DNA of 64,000 bases from Chrysomallon squamiferum (taxonomy: Eukaryota; Animalia; Mollusca): NCBI GenBank assembly GCA_012295275.1, contig CM022678.1, positions 10,044,001 to 10,108,000 on the forward strand, given 5' to 3'. Positions 1 through 12,709 of the stretch are shown here, piece after piece. Every line of letters begins with the position of its first letter. The first letter of the stretch is position 1. Position numbers and translations under genes: made by a program. The notes beneath the pieces are model-generated. The model saw only the letters and a program-made list of their open reading frames with translations. It did no database searches and was not told where the DNA came from.

Positions 1-345
1 TAAATAAATAATTTATAATTTGCTTTATGTAATTTGCAGGTGGGGGGGATATAATATTTAATGAAATATTTAATGAAAAGTATGACTATATTATTAATGA
101 TAAATGTGAGTAGTCCATAATATCCATCGTTTAAAAGCTCTTTTACTAAGATAATTATAAGATAAGTGATAAGAGACATTTGAAAAACATGCTGCGGATA
201 CTGAAACATCAAAGCTGTTATTTAAACTTAATTGAAATACTGAATTTATTTCATACAATTTGGTATAGAAATAAAATAAAATGACTAATTCTGGAAACAG
301 AATTTTGCAGTGCTCACTTTTCCCTTTTTTTTTTTTTTTTTTTAG

Positions 346-516
346 TCTCTTGATGAAGTCGACAAACGTCTTTCTGAAATGAACAACGCTAAATTCTGTT
401 AACTGCGTCACAAGCGTTTCTCATCAAACTCAGCAAGATGGAGAAGAAGCAGACGGTAATTTTAACTGTTTTCTTACTGACTTACTTACTTACTTACTCA
501 GTTAATTAAGTAATTA

Positions 517-572
<56 letters not shown>

Positions 573-1234
573 ATCGGAAGGTTATTATTAATATTCTGTT
601 TATTTTTGTTTGGAGGCGGACGTTGTCTTTACGATAGTAACTTATTTTCAAGATTAGTTTGCGCAAGGCTTTTAATATTTGTTATAAATATAACAATTTA
701 TTTTATTTCGTGTCTATATATATATAATATTATAACTGATTCAGTACTAGTTACTGAAATTGTTACTCATATTTAATTTTTTATTTATTTTTTAACTGAT
801 GTATTTATTACCATTATTATTTCTGTTATTATATCTGTTGTTGTTGGTGTTGCTCTTGTTAGTATTATTCACCGAAAGATCACAGGTATACAGAATTACC
901 GCCATCACTAAAATATTTAATACAAAAATAGACAAAAGTAAATTTATTGTATTATTTAGGTGACGAACAAAAGTACTCTGCAAAGAGGTTGTGTTATACT
1001 GAATGGCAGAAGTATTAAGGTAAGATTCTTGAAATTATTTCCATGTTAAACTGTTATTTCTGTTTAATACATAATACGGTTGAACACAAAATTTACCGGT
1101 TTTGTGAGTTTAATTTTTCACAATGTATTTATATTTGTTTATTTATTTATTTGTTTGCTTACGTAATTATTTATTTGTTTATTTACTTATTTATTAATTT
1201 ATTTGTTCATTTATGTCTTTATTTATTTGTTTGT

Positions 1235-1277
<43 letters not shown>

Positions 1278-1412
1278 TTTGTTTGTTTATTTGTTTATTT
1301 CTGACAGATATTTACAAAGGATTCAGCTGGGAACACAGATATCTAGGACACTGCGGGTTTAAACAGGCGTGACTCTGGAGCAGGCAGTGAGACTGTTAGA
1401 GTGTAACAAGTA
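346..1412 (+). pseudogene. Two unidentified exon-like fragments
   Basis: 346-455 (polypyrimidine-ag ... gtaat) and 1308-1412 (IYKGFSWEHRYLGHCGF, frameshift, GVTLEQAVRLLECNK*). Confidence 0.3.
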
Positions 1413-1840
1413 ATTTGTAAGACTTTAATTTTCTTATAAAACGTCTTTATACAGTTAGAGACAGAGTGTAACAAGTAATTTGTAAGACTTTAATTTTCTT
1501 ATAAAACGTTTTTATAAAACGTCTTTATAGTTAGAGACAGAGTGTAACAAGTAATTTGTAAGACTTTAATTTTCTTATAAAACGTCTTTATACAGTTAGA
1601 GACAGACTGTAACAAGCAATTTGTAAGACTTTAATTTTCTTATAAAACGTCTTTATACAGTTAGAGACAGAGTGTAACAAGCAATTTGTAAGACTTTTTT
1701 TAGTCTTAATAAAACGTCTTTTATACAGTTAGAGAGACAGAATTTGTAAGACTTTAATTTTCTTAAAAACGTCTTTATATAGTTAAGAATAATTTTTGTA
1801 AGACTTTAATTTTTTTATATAAAACGTCTTTATATAGTTT
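1395..1840. repeat. Minisatellite, 65-bp unit, about 6-7 copies decaying 3'
   Basis: Unit agttagagacagagtgtaacaagtaatttgtaagactttaattttcttataaaacgtctttatac; aacgtcttta at 1581 and 1646. Confidence 0.9.
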
Positions 1841-2286
1841 TGGGGTTATGTTTAAAAAAATATATATAAAGTATTCTGAAATTTTATTTATTTAAAAACT
1901 GTAATATTTTATAATTTTATTATCAAACGTCTAAAATACATTTGTACTTTTGCTATAAGAATAAAAAAAAATTACTTTCTAATCATTGTATAATTTTAAT
2001 TATAAATAAATTCTCAGTGATTCTGTTGTTAGCAAGCAGTAAACAGTTATTCATCAGTAGCATAAAATATTTTAAAATAGTAAAATCAAAAAGTTTAAAT
2101 CGGTATTGATCAAAAAGTAATTTAAATCATTTTGATTTTTCTTTTTTCAGTCAGCTCGTTATAAATGATAACAGAAGACAATTATGATCACATTACTAAA
2201 TTAAATAATAAAAAATAAAAATAATATCTGAAATAAAAAAAAATTTTGTAATCTGAAATCCCAAAATTTACAATTTTTCAAAAATA

Positions 2287-2628
2287 AAACTTGAATTTAC
2301 AATTTAAAAATCCCAAATTCAGTTTACATTTTGAAAATACAAACTTGAATTTACAATTTAAAAATCCCAAATTCAGTTTACATTTTGAAAATACAAACTT
2401 GAATTTACAATTTAAAAATCCCAAATTCAGTTTACATTTTGAAAATACAAACTTGAATTTACAATTTAAAAATCCCAAATTCAGTTTACATTTTGAAAAT
2501 ACAAACTTGAATTTACAATTTAAAAATCCCAAATTCAGTTTACATTTTGAAAATACAAACTTGAATTTACAATTTAAAAATCCCAAATTCAGTTTACATT
2601 TTGAAAATACAAACTTGAATTTACAATT
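2287..2628. repeat. Minisatellite, 54-bp unit (2 x 27 bp), about 6 identical copies
   Basis: aaacttgaatttacaatttaaaaatcc + caaattcagtttacattttgaaaatac; period 2341 to 2395. Confidence 0.95.
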
Positions 2629-2971
2629 AAAACTGCCAACTTCAGTTTACAAAACTAACTTCTGAATATCATATTTCTAAAACTGAGTACTTAAATTCTC
2701 AATACATCATTTATTTATTTCATAAACATTTGTCTAGCATTTAATATGAATGATATTGTAATAAAATTTTGAATAATCATAGACATGGTTTTGTAACTTG
2801 TAAAGTGAAAAATTCAATAAGAGTGTTCGCATGTGTGTGTTGTGTAATTTGTGAAAAGTTGAGAAAAATGCAAACATCCAGCTTGCATGAGAAACTGCCA
2901 GTGCCTCAGGTAAATGTCACTTGTGTCAGTGAAATACAAAGATGTATTAAAATTTTATCTTTATTTATCTT

Positions 2972-3191
2972 TAATAAAACTGTTGTCACTAAAATAATAA
3001 AACTGTTGTCACTAAAATAATAAAACTGTTGTCACTAAAATAATAAAACTGTTGTCACTAAAATAATAAAACTGTTGTCACTAAAATAATAAAACTGTTG
3101 TCACTAAAATAATAAAACTGTTGTCACTAAAATAATAAAACTGTTGTCACTAAAATAATAAAACTGTTGTCACTAAAATAATAAAACTGTT
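2972..3191. repeat. Minisatellite, 23-bp unit, about 9.5 copies
   Basis: taataaaactgttgtcactaaaa repeated perfectly. Confidence 0.95.
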
Positions 3192-3539
3192 ATGCTTTCT
3201 GAGAATGTCCCTTAAATTCCAGACAGCAGTTGCCATATATGGTCATGTCACATGACCATACAGTTCCCAGTGCTAACACAAGCTCCCAATAGGAGGCAGT
3301 CATGTTAATCTATCTTGCTAACACTTCCTCCCCACTCATTTCTTTAAAACATTACACACTGACCTGTATAGATTACACACTTCTCAACTTCAACTATTCA
3401 CATCTACAGCAACAAAAAAAAATTTAATCATAATTTTAATTGATGTAATAAAGTCTGTGATATATCTCTGTCTCTCTCTCCCCCCCCACACAAGAACATG
3501 TTACTCAGTAACAAACTGCCTGTTACACTGCAGCAGCAA

Positions 3540-3810
3540 CTGAGCCAAAAGTACTTGAAATCTGTAACAGTTTGAGCATGAGGAGAGTTACTTTCCAGAA
3601 CAACTGCAGAGAGGGGTGGGTTATGAGGATTACTATGCTGACCAGCTCGTGACCTAGATGAGCGTCTTACAGGAGCAGCATTTACATCTTGTGATGATGT
3701 CTCTCATTCTGTTACATTCACATCTCCTCTGTCTCAATAACACGGCAAAATCAACACCACAAGTTCATCAAACAGTGGGAAGTTTCCTGGCTAATGGACC
3801 GTTAGAAATC
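3540..3810 (-). mobile_element. Gypsy/Ty3 LTR-retrotransposon pol C-terminal remnant
   Basis: Minus-strand frame APVRRSSRSRAGQHSNPHNPP (about 3612-3680) resembles the RRSxRxxAGxHSNPH tail seen after the integrase in some animal Gypsy polyproteins. Confidence 0.5.
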
Positions 3811-3826
3811 CTTGTTATTGTTTTCA

Positions 3827-3928
<102 letters not shown>

Positions 3929-4369
3929 CAAAAAAGATAATATAAATACATTTCCACTATATAATAAAACCCCAAAGTTTTTCTCAGTTTATTTACAAAT
4001 ACGTATAATTTGCATTTTTTCTGATTTTTGATCCTTTCCTTTTTCATCAAGATCCAAAATATAATATGATTTTTTTCTAAAATAATATAATAAAAAAAAA
4101 TAAGATATATAATACACATATATCACGTTCAAAAATAACTTTAAAAAATGTAAATAAACAACAAAAAAAATTTTTTTTTTTTTTTTTTAAGAGCCTGAAT
4201 ATAAAAAAAATATATATATATTGTAGAATATTATCAACTCCTAATTTAGACAATGATAAAATTGGTTGGTCTCTATGCAGACGTGTTTCAACAAATAGGC
4301 TCAAGAAACTGTTCCACTGTTTTTATTTTTTACACTTGAATGTCACAATTCCCACTTTTCAATTATCTC

Positions 4370-4600
4370 ATTTTGATTTTTTTTCAATTCCAGCTTTTTT
4401 TTTCATCAATTTCCAGCTTTCTGATTTTCATCAATTTCCAGCTTTTTTCATCAAATATCCAGCTTTTTTCATCAATTTCCAGAATCATCAATTTCCAGCT
4501 TTCTGATTTTCATCAATATCCAGGTTTCTTTTCATCAATTTTTTTTTTTTATTTATCAATTTTCATCAATATTCCAGTTTTCAGTTTCCAGTAGAAAATT
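4370..4600. repeat. Imperfect short tandem repeat (ttttcatcaatttccagc core)
   Basis: The core recurs about 8 times with variable spacing. Confidence 0.75.
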
Positions 4601-4764
4601 TTTTTTAAATTTCTGAATAACCAGTAGACACCATGAAATCTCCTGATCAATCAATTTCCAGAGAGAGAGAGAGAGAGAGAGAGAGAGTGTTTCACATACC
4701 TTACTACAAAACTAATCTAAATCACATTAATTGATACAATTATCATTAAAAGTTGTTTTCTCAC

Positions 4765-4928
4765 ATCAGCAGGTGAATTGTCTGCTGCTTCATCTCCAGG
4801 TTCAAGTAGAAGTTGTAAACTTTCATCAGCTTCCACAACCACTCAGGTCCATCAGCAGCCACATTCAGACTGCGAATCAAATCAGTCTTGTCATACGTAC
4901 ATCTGGGCAGACACAGAAGCTCATCTCC
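4765..4928 (-). pseudogene. EGFR-like exon, proximal C-terminal tail
   Basis: ttgcag|GDELLCLPRCTYDKTDLIRSLNVAADGPE, a frameshift, then VVEADESLQ; compare EGFR GDERMHLPS..VVDADEYL. Confidence 0.72.
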
Positions 4929-5185
4929 CTGCAAAACAGAAATGGAACGATCCAAATTTATTCAAGTCACATGACAGAATGGATGCATTTGTTTGTTTTC
5001 TTACTGGTGAAGAAGATTAAAATCATTTTATATTTCTTTCTTTTTTTATGCTTAAAACAAAACCAAAAGAAATCTGATCATTAAATTAATTACTTATACA
5101 AATCAATTATTAATAATTATGTAAATAAAACAAAGAGAAAAATGAAAGTATAGTGACTGAAAGAAAAACTCCAACATAAACAACA

Positions 5186-5316
<131 letters not shown>

Positions 5317-5551
5317 AAAAAAAAAATATATAAAATAACATGGCTGGTGAAGATGTAGAACTATAAATTACATTTTGTTATTATGTAGCAATCATAAACA
5401 CTAGATGTTAGTTTTAAATAAATATAAGTATGTTTACACATGCACTGGAAATGAATATTCATTTTACATTGTTAATTTCACACTGCTTTTTATTTTGTGC
5501 CTTTTTAAAAACATTTTCATTGTCTTACAATGTGAAAGAAAGAAAGAAATT

Positions 5552-5627
<76 letters not shown>

Positions 5628-5914
5628 AGTGTTCCTGCAACCAACCAGCTGTCAATCACCTTCTGAAACCAATAATCCATGTGTGATTATCACTAATCCA
5701 TTCTTTTGTAATCACCGATCCATCTTCTAAATACTGATCAGTATATTCTAACCATTTATCAGTATGGGCTAACCACTAATCCAACATTTCAGAGACCAGC
5801 TTCCTTGATACTGTCAGTGCTTATTAGAATATCAGTTTTATTTTTATATAAATAAACATTTGAACTAGTCAAGTTTTCTGACCACAAACCATAACAATGT
5901 GTTGTTTTTCTATG

Positions 5915-6004
<90 letters not shown>

Positions 6005-6604
6005 TACCTCAGTGCTTTTTTTTATAAGCATCTGAACAAGCAATTGTTGCATACATTCAAATGTGGAGAATTCCATGCAGTGGGTTCAAAGTCACATGGT
6101 TTATTGTGAAGATCAGCAAAGAGCTGTTTAGCACAATGTGATAATTTAGTTCAGTTAAAGAGAAAATAATGGACAGGAATAAATATGTAAGTAAAAACTA
6201 TCAACTGACATATAAACATTATTACTAAACTCTTTCTTTTTTTGCTGGTTTGTTGTTGTTTTCTTAGTTTTTTTTTTTTTTAATATACTGGATAAAAAAA
6301 AAACTGCATAATGCAGTCACCAAAGAAGAGGTCTTTTTTTGACAGTGTCTGTTTTACAGAGGTTGTACTATATTGGAAAAATTTCAGATACTACAAATTT
6401 GGACTAATAACAAGTGGATTGCTAATACAGTGACTGCTGTAGCAGATTTAATTGTGCAGTAAATGAACAAAGTAGTGACTAGATATAAAAAAGTAGTCAG
6501 TGAATAGAAGCAAATAAGATAAAACTGAAAAACAAGCCAAATATTTAAAAGTGAAACATTTAAAAATAAAAGAACAATACAGGAAATTATTAAAAAAAAT
6601 AATA

Positions 6605-6637
<33 letters not shown>

Positions 6638-6764
6638 AAAAAGAAAGGTTAATAAAATAACTAAATAAATTAATTAATAAAAGTTTGATCTCCATGACAA
6701 CAAGAAAATTTGTGTCTATGTTACTCTATCATGCAGGAAGTTTTATCTAATATTAATTCACAAA

Positions 6765-6859
6765 CTCACACACACAAATACAGACACACACACACACACA
6801 CACACAAATACACACACACACAACACACACATTCTCACACACATAAATACAAACACACA

Positions 6860-6906
<47 letters not shown>

Positions 6907-6914
6907 CACACACA

Positions 6915-6953
<39 letters not shown>

Positions 6954-7059
6954 CACACACACACACATAACACAAACATACACACACACACACATCTCAT
7001 TCACAATAAATACACACACACACACAAAAATACACACACACACATTCACACACACACAA

Positions 7060-7140
<81 letters not shown>

Positions 7141-7195
7141 TTAACACACACACACACACATACATGATGATGTTCACACACACACACACATACAT
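6765..7195. repeat. (AC)n-rich microsatellite, representative of many in the window
   Basis: Others: (GT)n(GA)n 3828-3923; poly-A 5188-5325; (AG)n 5554-5623 and 12557-12632; (AAT)n 5915-6000, 47097-47160 and 51320-51570; (TG)n 9000-9330; (AAT)(AAG)(AAC) 10570-10680; (TC)n 22591-22672 and 35217-35426; (AC/ATAC)n 50840-51077. Confidence 0.97.
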
Positions 7196-7244
7196 ATGTC
7201 TTTAACACAAAGTTATGCATAATATGTCACATCAAAATTTTTTA

Positions 7245-7415
7245 GTTTTACACTTGATCATGATGATGTTTAAGACAAGGCACACACACCATGACGATGT
7301 TTAAGACAAGGGTTTACACACATCATGATGATGTTTAAGACAAGGCTTACACTTGATCATGATGATTTTACACTTGATCAATTGATCATACTTTAAGACA
7401 CTTGATCATGATGAT
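7245..7415. repeat. Tandem amplification of the EGFR exon 3' end and splice donor
   Basis: Repeated tacacttgatcatgatgatgtttaagacaagg; on the minus strand ATCATCATGATCAAGT|gtaagc or |gtaaac. Confidence 0.8.
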
Positions 7416-7540
7416 GTAGACGTAGATGGAGCAGATTGGAGGCTGTGGCAGTCATTCTCCACTCTCCAGGAAATGGAGAACTTCGTGGATGTTGTCGTAT
7501 CGTGTTTGAGCAAACATAAACAGTTCCCACACAGTAACTC
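7400..7540 (-). pseudogene. EGFR-like exon, subdomains IX-XI
   Basis: ttcag|[45 protein letters not shown]; TGA in place of the Arg of GERLPQPP. Confidence 0.9.
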
Positions 7541-7910
7541 CTGAACAACAACAACAAAAAATTATTTTTAAAAAAAATTAGTCACCTCCATCAGTTTCAA
7601 ATTTGTTTACATTCTGCATCAGTGAAATATCATTACAAAGCAAGACTAGAAAAATTAAGATTCAGTATATCGTTAATGAACCTATAATATTAATTTTCAT
7701 ACTTTATCATTATTAAAAATTAGTATTAAAAATATTAATTTCAAAATGACTCAAAGTAAGAGAAATGTGTTTAGACTGTTTGCACTTCTAAGTACACTTT
7801 ATTATATATATTTTTCATTTTACAAGCAGGGTGTTAAAATTGATGCATCTTACATCTATATCATATTCAAATGTCATTTCTGCATAAAAATTATAAAAAG
7901 AAGGTTATAC

Positions 7911-7974
7911 CATAACTCCAGACATCAGTTTTGTGTGTGAATATTCTGTCCAGAGGTAACCACTTGATTGGCAT
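7911..7974 (-). pseudogene. EGFR-like exon, subdomains VIII-IX
   Basis: tttcag|MPIKWLPLDRIFTHKTDVWSY|gtata; about 4 codons shorter than EGFR [25 protein letters not shown]. Confidence 0.9.
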
Positions 7975-8299
7975 CTGAAACAGTGAAAAAGAATAAAATC
8001 TAGTTTTTCATACATTTTCCAGTTTATAGCATAATATCTCAAATTTAATCTTTTCGAAATTTCAGCACATCAATGTTCCCAGTTAATAAACAAACAGAAT
8101 TAAGACTATTCCAAGTTTAAGTTTGTAAGTTCCCTATTAATAAGAAAATTCAATTTCAACTATTCAGAATTTCAGTTCTTCAATGTTCCCTAGTAATAAA
8201 AAAACAGAATTTAAACGTCAATATTTAAAATCTGAATGTGAACCAATTTATCAGTGTTTTTGATTAGTAAGAAATGTGAATTACTACTGTTCCACTCAC

Positions 8300-8391
8300 T
8301 TTTCCACCACCAGCTTAGTACTCTTCCTCAATGTAATCAAGAAGTTTAGCTAATCCAAAATCTGTGATCTTCACCTGATTCGTGGTTTGTA
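8300..8391 (-). pseudogene. EGFR-like exon, DFG/activation loop
   Basis: tacag|QTTNQVKITDFGLAKLLDYIEEEY*AGGGK|gtgagt; TAA at 8315-8317. Confidence 0.92.
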
Positions 8392-8593
8392 CTGTACAAA
8401 GATAAAATTAATAAAACAAACATAATGTCAAAATTTTATTCACAATTTCAGTGATTATTATTATTATTATTATTATAGTTATTACCATTATTATAACTAT
8501 TATTAGTACTTTTATTATGTTTATTATTATTATTACTACTACTACTATTATTATTATTATTATTACTATTATTATTATTATTATTGTTATTAT

Positions 8594-8634
<41 letters not shown>

Positions 8635-8902
8635 TTCTTATTATTATTTTATTATTGTTGCATAAAATTGTTATAAGTACTATTATTTGAAATCTTGAAA
8701 ATGTATTTACTTATTTATTTATTTATTGTTTTGTAAAGCTGACTAACAAAGATTCTAATTAACCTTTAAAAGGAAAATAAATTTTTTTTTTAAATAGAGG
8801 AAGAAAAACAACTACTTTCTATTGGATCTAGAAAACTACACCAAAAATAAAAATGTGAAAACAAAACTTTATTAAAATACTTAGTTGACAAAGAATGCTC
8901 AC

Positions 8903-8966
8903 CAAGCACATTTTTAGCAGCTAGATCTCTATGGACAATTCCCCTTTCCTCTAAATAAATCATTCC
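8903..8966 (-). pseudogene. EGFR-like exon, catalytic loop
   Basis: tttcag|GMIYLEERGIVHRDLAAKNVL|gtgagc; canonical HRDLAARN has R>K. Confidence 0.92.
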
Positions 8967-9350
8967 CTGAAAACAACACAGTTTACATATGTATGTTTGT
9001 GATTAAACATGTGTTTGTATGTCTCAGTGTGCATATGTTTGTCGTGTGTATCTGTGTTGTGTGTTTTGTGTGTTTGTGTATATCTGTGTGTTGTGCGTAT
9101 TGTGTTTGTGTGCATCTATGTGTAGTGTGTGTGTGTGTGTGTGTATGTGTGTGTGTGTGTGTGTATGTGTGTATATGTGTGTGTGTGTGTGTATATGTGT
9201 GTGTGTATATGTGTGTGTATGTGTGTGTGTGTGTGTGTGTGTATGGGTGTGTGTGTGTGTATGTGTATATATATATATATATGTGTGTAATCTATATATG
9301 GTATGTATGTATATGGTGTTGTGTATTTGGTGTGTTTTGACAACACTCAC

Positions 9351-9618
9351 ACTGGCTATCTGAGTACATCAGTTGAGGAGGACTTTAGATCCAATGAGGT
9401 CTTTGTTTTTTCTCACGAGAACACAGCCAAGTGACATCAGCTGAGTGATCAACATCATCTGTGCACACTGCGAGGATTCTGACACAACAAGGATGCTTCA
9501 CTGACGTCATCACCCATGTCTCCTCCAACAGCTCCTTGATGTGGTTAGGAGTCCCATCCTGTAACTCTTTAATAGCTACTGGAATCTTGACATTTTCTCC
9601 TTCTGGTATCCAGTATCC
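9351..9618 (-). pseudogene. EGFR-like exon, VAIK/alphaC/hinge
   Basis: GYWIPEGENVKIPVAIKELQDGTPNHIKELLEETWVMTSVKHPCCVRILAVC, a frameshift, then AQMMLITQLMSLGCVLVRKNKDLIGSKVLLN*CTQIAS|gtgagt. The TGA at 9369-9371 replaces the conserved Trp. Confidence 0.93.
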
Positions 9619-9953
9619 CTGGTTAATAATAATAATAGTAACAACAACAACAACAACAACAATAATAATAATAGTAATGATAATAATAATAACAATAATA
9701 ATGACAGTAATAATAATAATGATAATAATAGTATAATAAAAAGTAAAAAAAATAATAAATAATAATAATAATAATAGTAATAATAATAGTAGTAGCATTA
9801 GTAGCAACAGTAATGATACCAAAGGTAATAATATAAGTAGTAGTTGTGATAGTAGCTGAAGTTGTAGTAGTATTTTTAGTAGTAACATTATAACATTTAA
9901 CATCCATCAGCTTGTGGTTGGAGGTAGATAAAGATGTGTAATTTTATTTTCAC

Positions 9954-10058
9954 CTTATATACCGTTCCAAATATTCCGGAGCCAACAATTCCTCCTTGTT
10001 TCAGTTCAGATTCTTTTACCAGTCTAAGCTGGGTGGGGTCAGGTTTAACTGTCAGGGG
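9954..10058 (-). pseudogene. EGFR-like exon, glycine-rich loop
   Basis: tttcag|PLTVKPDPTQLRLVKESELKQGGIVGSGIFGTVYK|gtgaa; 105 nt, open. Confidence 0.92.
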
Positions 10059-10344
10059 CTGAAATAAAAACATTTATTTATAGATGTGTGTGTGTCTTTA
10101 CCATCCTGCATCATGCATTTGTATCAGATTAAGAACCACTGGCTAACAAACTTTTATAATTTTATACATAAAAGAATCATTTGAATGTGATATGACTGAA
10201 GGACAAATGTTTAGGTAAATATATAATATAAACATATTACATAAAAAAGTTACTGTACACAGAAATGTGAATAAAATATCTATCATGTATATATACAGGT
10301 AAGTGTGTGTTTAACATCAGATCCGTCTGATAAAAGAAACTCAC

Positions 10345-10503
10345 CTCAGTTTCTTCATGACCAGACATCTTAGCTCTGATTGCCTCAGTCTTCCTCTTCA
10401 CCTTTGCTCTCTTGTGTCAGTGATATCGAAATTCAGCCACAGTACACCCGATCAGAAACAAACCCCTATAACTGAGTTTATTACAGTTTTCTTCTTTTCA
10501 TCA
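10345..10503 (-). pseudogene. EGFR-like transmembrane/juxtamembrane exon (decayed)
   Basis: cacag| ... |gtgag. Reads DEKKKTVINSVIGVCF* then, in another frame, RYH*HKRAKVKRKTEAIRAKMSGHEETE, which joins in phase to the next exon PLT. Confidence 0.7.
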
Positions 10504-10599
10504 CTGTGAAAATAAAACAACACATTCAGAAAATCTGAAACTATGTAAAATGAAAATAATAACAATAACAATAAATAATAATAATAATAATAATAATAA

Positions 10600-10630
<31 letters not shown>

Positions 10631-10639
10631 AAGAAGAAG

Positions 10640-10681
<42 letters not shown>

Positions 10682-11094
10682 AAAAATAAAATGAAAATAA
10701 TTTGTCATGTACAAGCTGGTAACATATTTTCCAAACCCCAGAGCTCCACAGCTGATTTATCAAAGGCTGTTTCTGAGAAGGTTCACATAAAATAGCCCTT
10801 CCTGCTGATCAGTAAAAACAGACCGTGTTTCAGATGGTTTCTACTCTCTCTTATCAGCATCACACCACAATCCCAGGCTTAATATTTAATACTTCAGTCT
10901 TCTCAGTGAATCACTCATTTCACTCACTGAGCAATTTGACATTCAACACTTAATTAACTATCTAGGTTTTCTGTTAATATTTTAATTATGACTGCTGTCG
11001 AGTTAAATCCTATGTTAACAAATAACCAGTCTGATTTATAATTATCTTAGTTAATAACTTAATGGGTATATAAATATCTCAGTTAATTTAGTTT

Positions 11095-12390
11095 GTTGTT
11101 ACTCAAGTTAATTAACTCAGTTAATAAGGTTAATCATGTTATTTAGTTAACTGACTATGATAATAAATTAATTGTTTCAGTTGTAAAAGTTAATTAACTC
11201 AGTTAATAAGGTTAATCATGTCATTTAGTTAACTGACTAAGATAACAAATTAATTGTTTCAGTTGTAAAAGTTAATTATCTCAGTTAATAAGGTTAATCA
11301 TATGATTTGGTTAACTGACTAAGATAATAAATTAATTGTTTCAGTTGTAAAAGTTAATTAACTCAGTTAATAAGGTTAATCATAATAAATTAATTGTTTC
11401 AGTTGTAAAAGTTAATTAACTCAGTTAATAAGGTTAATCATGTTATTTAGTTAACTGACTAAGATAATAAATTAATTGTTTCAGTTGTAAAAGTTAATTA
11501 ACTCAGTTAATAAGGTTAATCATGTTATTTAGTTAACTGACTAAGATAATAAATTAATTGTTTCAGTTGTAAAAGTTAATTAACTCAGTTAATAAGGTTA
11601 ATCATGTTATTTAGTTAAGTAAGATAATAAATTAATTGTTTCAGCTGTAAAAGTTAATTAACTCAGTTAAAAAGGTGTCACAGGGCCCACACATTTAAAC
11701 ATTTTGTATGTTTTACTAAGACTCGGTCTAGAGTAACAAGGTGCTTTAATGGCCACCTAACAAGGAAGATAAACACTAAATTGACAGCAATCTATATAAA
11801 TCAATATGTCTGTTTATCCACTAGACAAATAAACAGAACACAAGCTGAGGTACAAGTTAATTATTTAATTATGACATACAGGTGACTTGATAATAATACA
11901 TTATACAGTCCTAAAACATATGTTTAAGTAATTTAGATTAATGATATCAGAAAGGTCATATGGGGAACCAAGACAAAATAAGATTCTGCACAGAGGACAC
12001 AGTAAAACATTAAATTTTGGGTATAATAAATGTTACACAGTTTAATCGCACAGTACATCCTATTAAAATAAAAATAGACAATTGCTTATGATACTTGTCT
12101 GTAAAGACAACATCTTTCAAAAACGTTGGTTTCCCCTCCTGACTGAACTGAGATAATTAACTTTCCTTCTCTGCTTATTCTCCAAGTGCCGCACTTTTAT
12201 AACAACACCATGCAGTTGAAAAATTGTTTGCACAAATAAAAAGCGCTGATGTGATTGTGGTTACAATTTGTTAAGCAATTTCAATTCAGTGACATAAGGC
12301 AAATCATGTTATTTAGTTAACTAAGATAATCAATTTACTTGTTTCAATTATTTCAATTATCTCAGTTATTAAGTTAAACAACTCAGTTAA
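11095..12390. repeat. Minisatellite, 82-bp unit, about 7 copies, interrupted by the solo LTR
   Basis: taactcagttaataaggttaatcatgttatttagttaactgactaagataataaattaattgtttcagttgtaaaagttaat; period 11499 to 11581; resumes at 12295. Confidence 0.92.
11676..12294 (-). mobile_element. Solo LTR (619 bp) inserted in the 82-bp minisatellite
   Basis: Termini TGTCAC...GTGACA. 5-bp flanks aaagg (11671-11675) and taagg (12295-12299) match the interrupted repeat unit (gttaataaggttaatc), which resumes afterwards. The minus strand has TATAAAA near 12195 and ATTAAA near 11745. Confidence 0.75.
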
Positions 12391-12553
12391 TTTTCACAAA
12401 AACACACACACACACAGAGAGATTGAAAAAGAAAATACAGATTGAAGAGAGAGTGTTAAGAAGAATGAGGGTGATAAAGATGGGTAAAGAAAGAAATCAG
12501 AAAATAAAAACAAAGAGCTATTTACAGACAGAATATGCAGAAGGTAAGATATG

Positions 12554-12637
<84 letters not shown>

Positions 12638-12709
12638 GCAAAAAGAGAATAGTCATTTAAAATTTATAAAATTCAAAAAAAAGTGTTTACTTTAATAAAA
12701 AACAATTAC

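Noticed and set aside
2287-3191. Regular short repeats as a possible CRISPR array or repeat-protein gene
   Set aside because: Head-to-tail units with no unique spacers, no cas genes, a eukaryotic context and no splice or start context.
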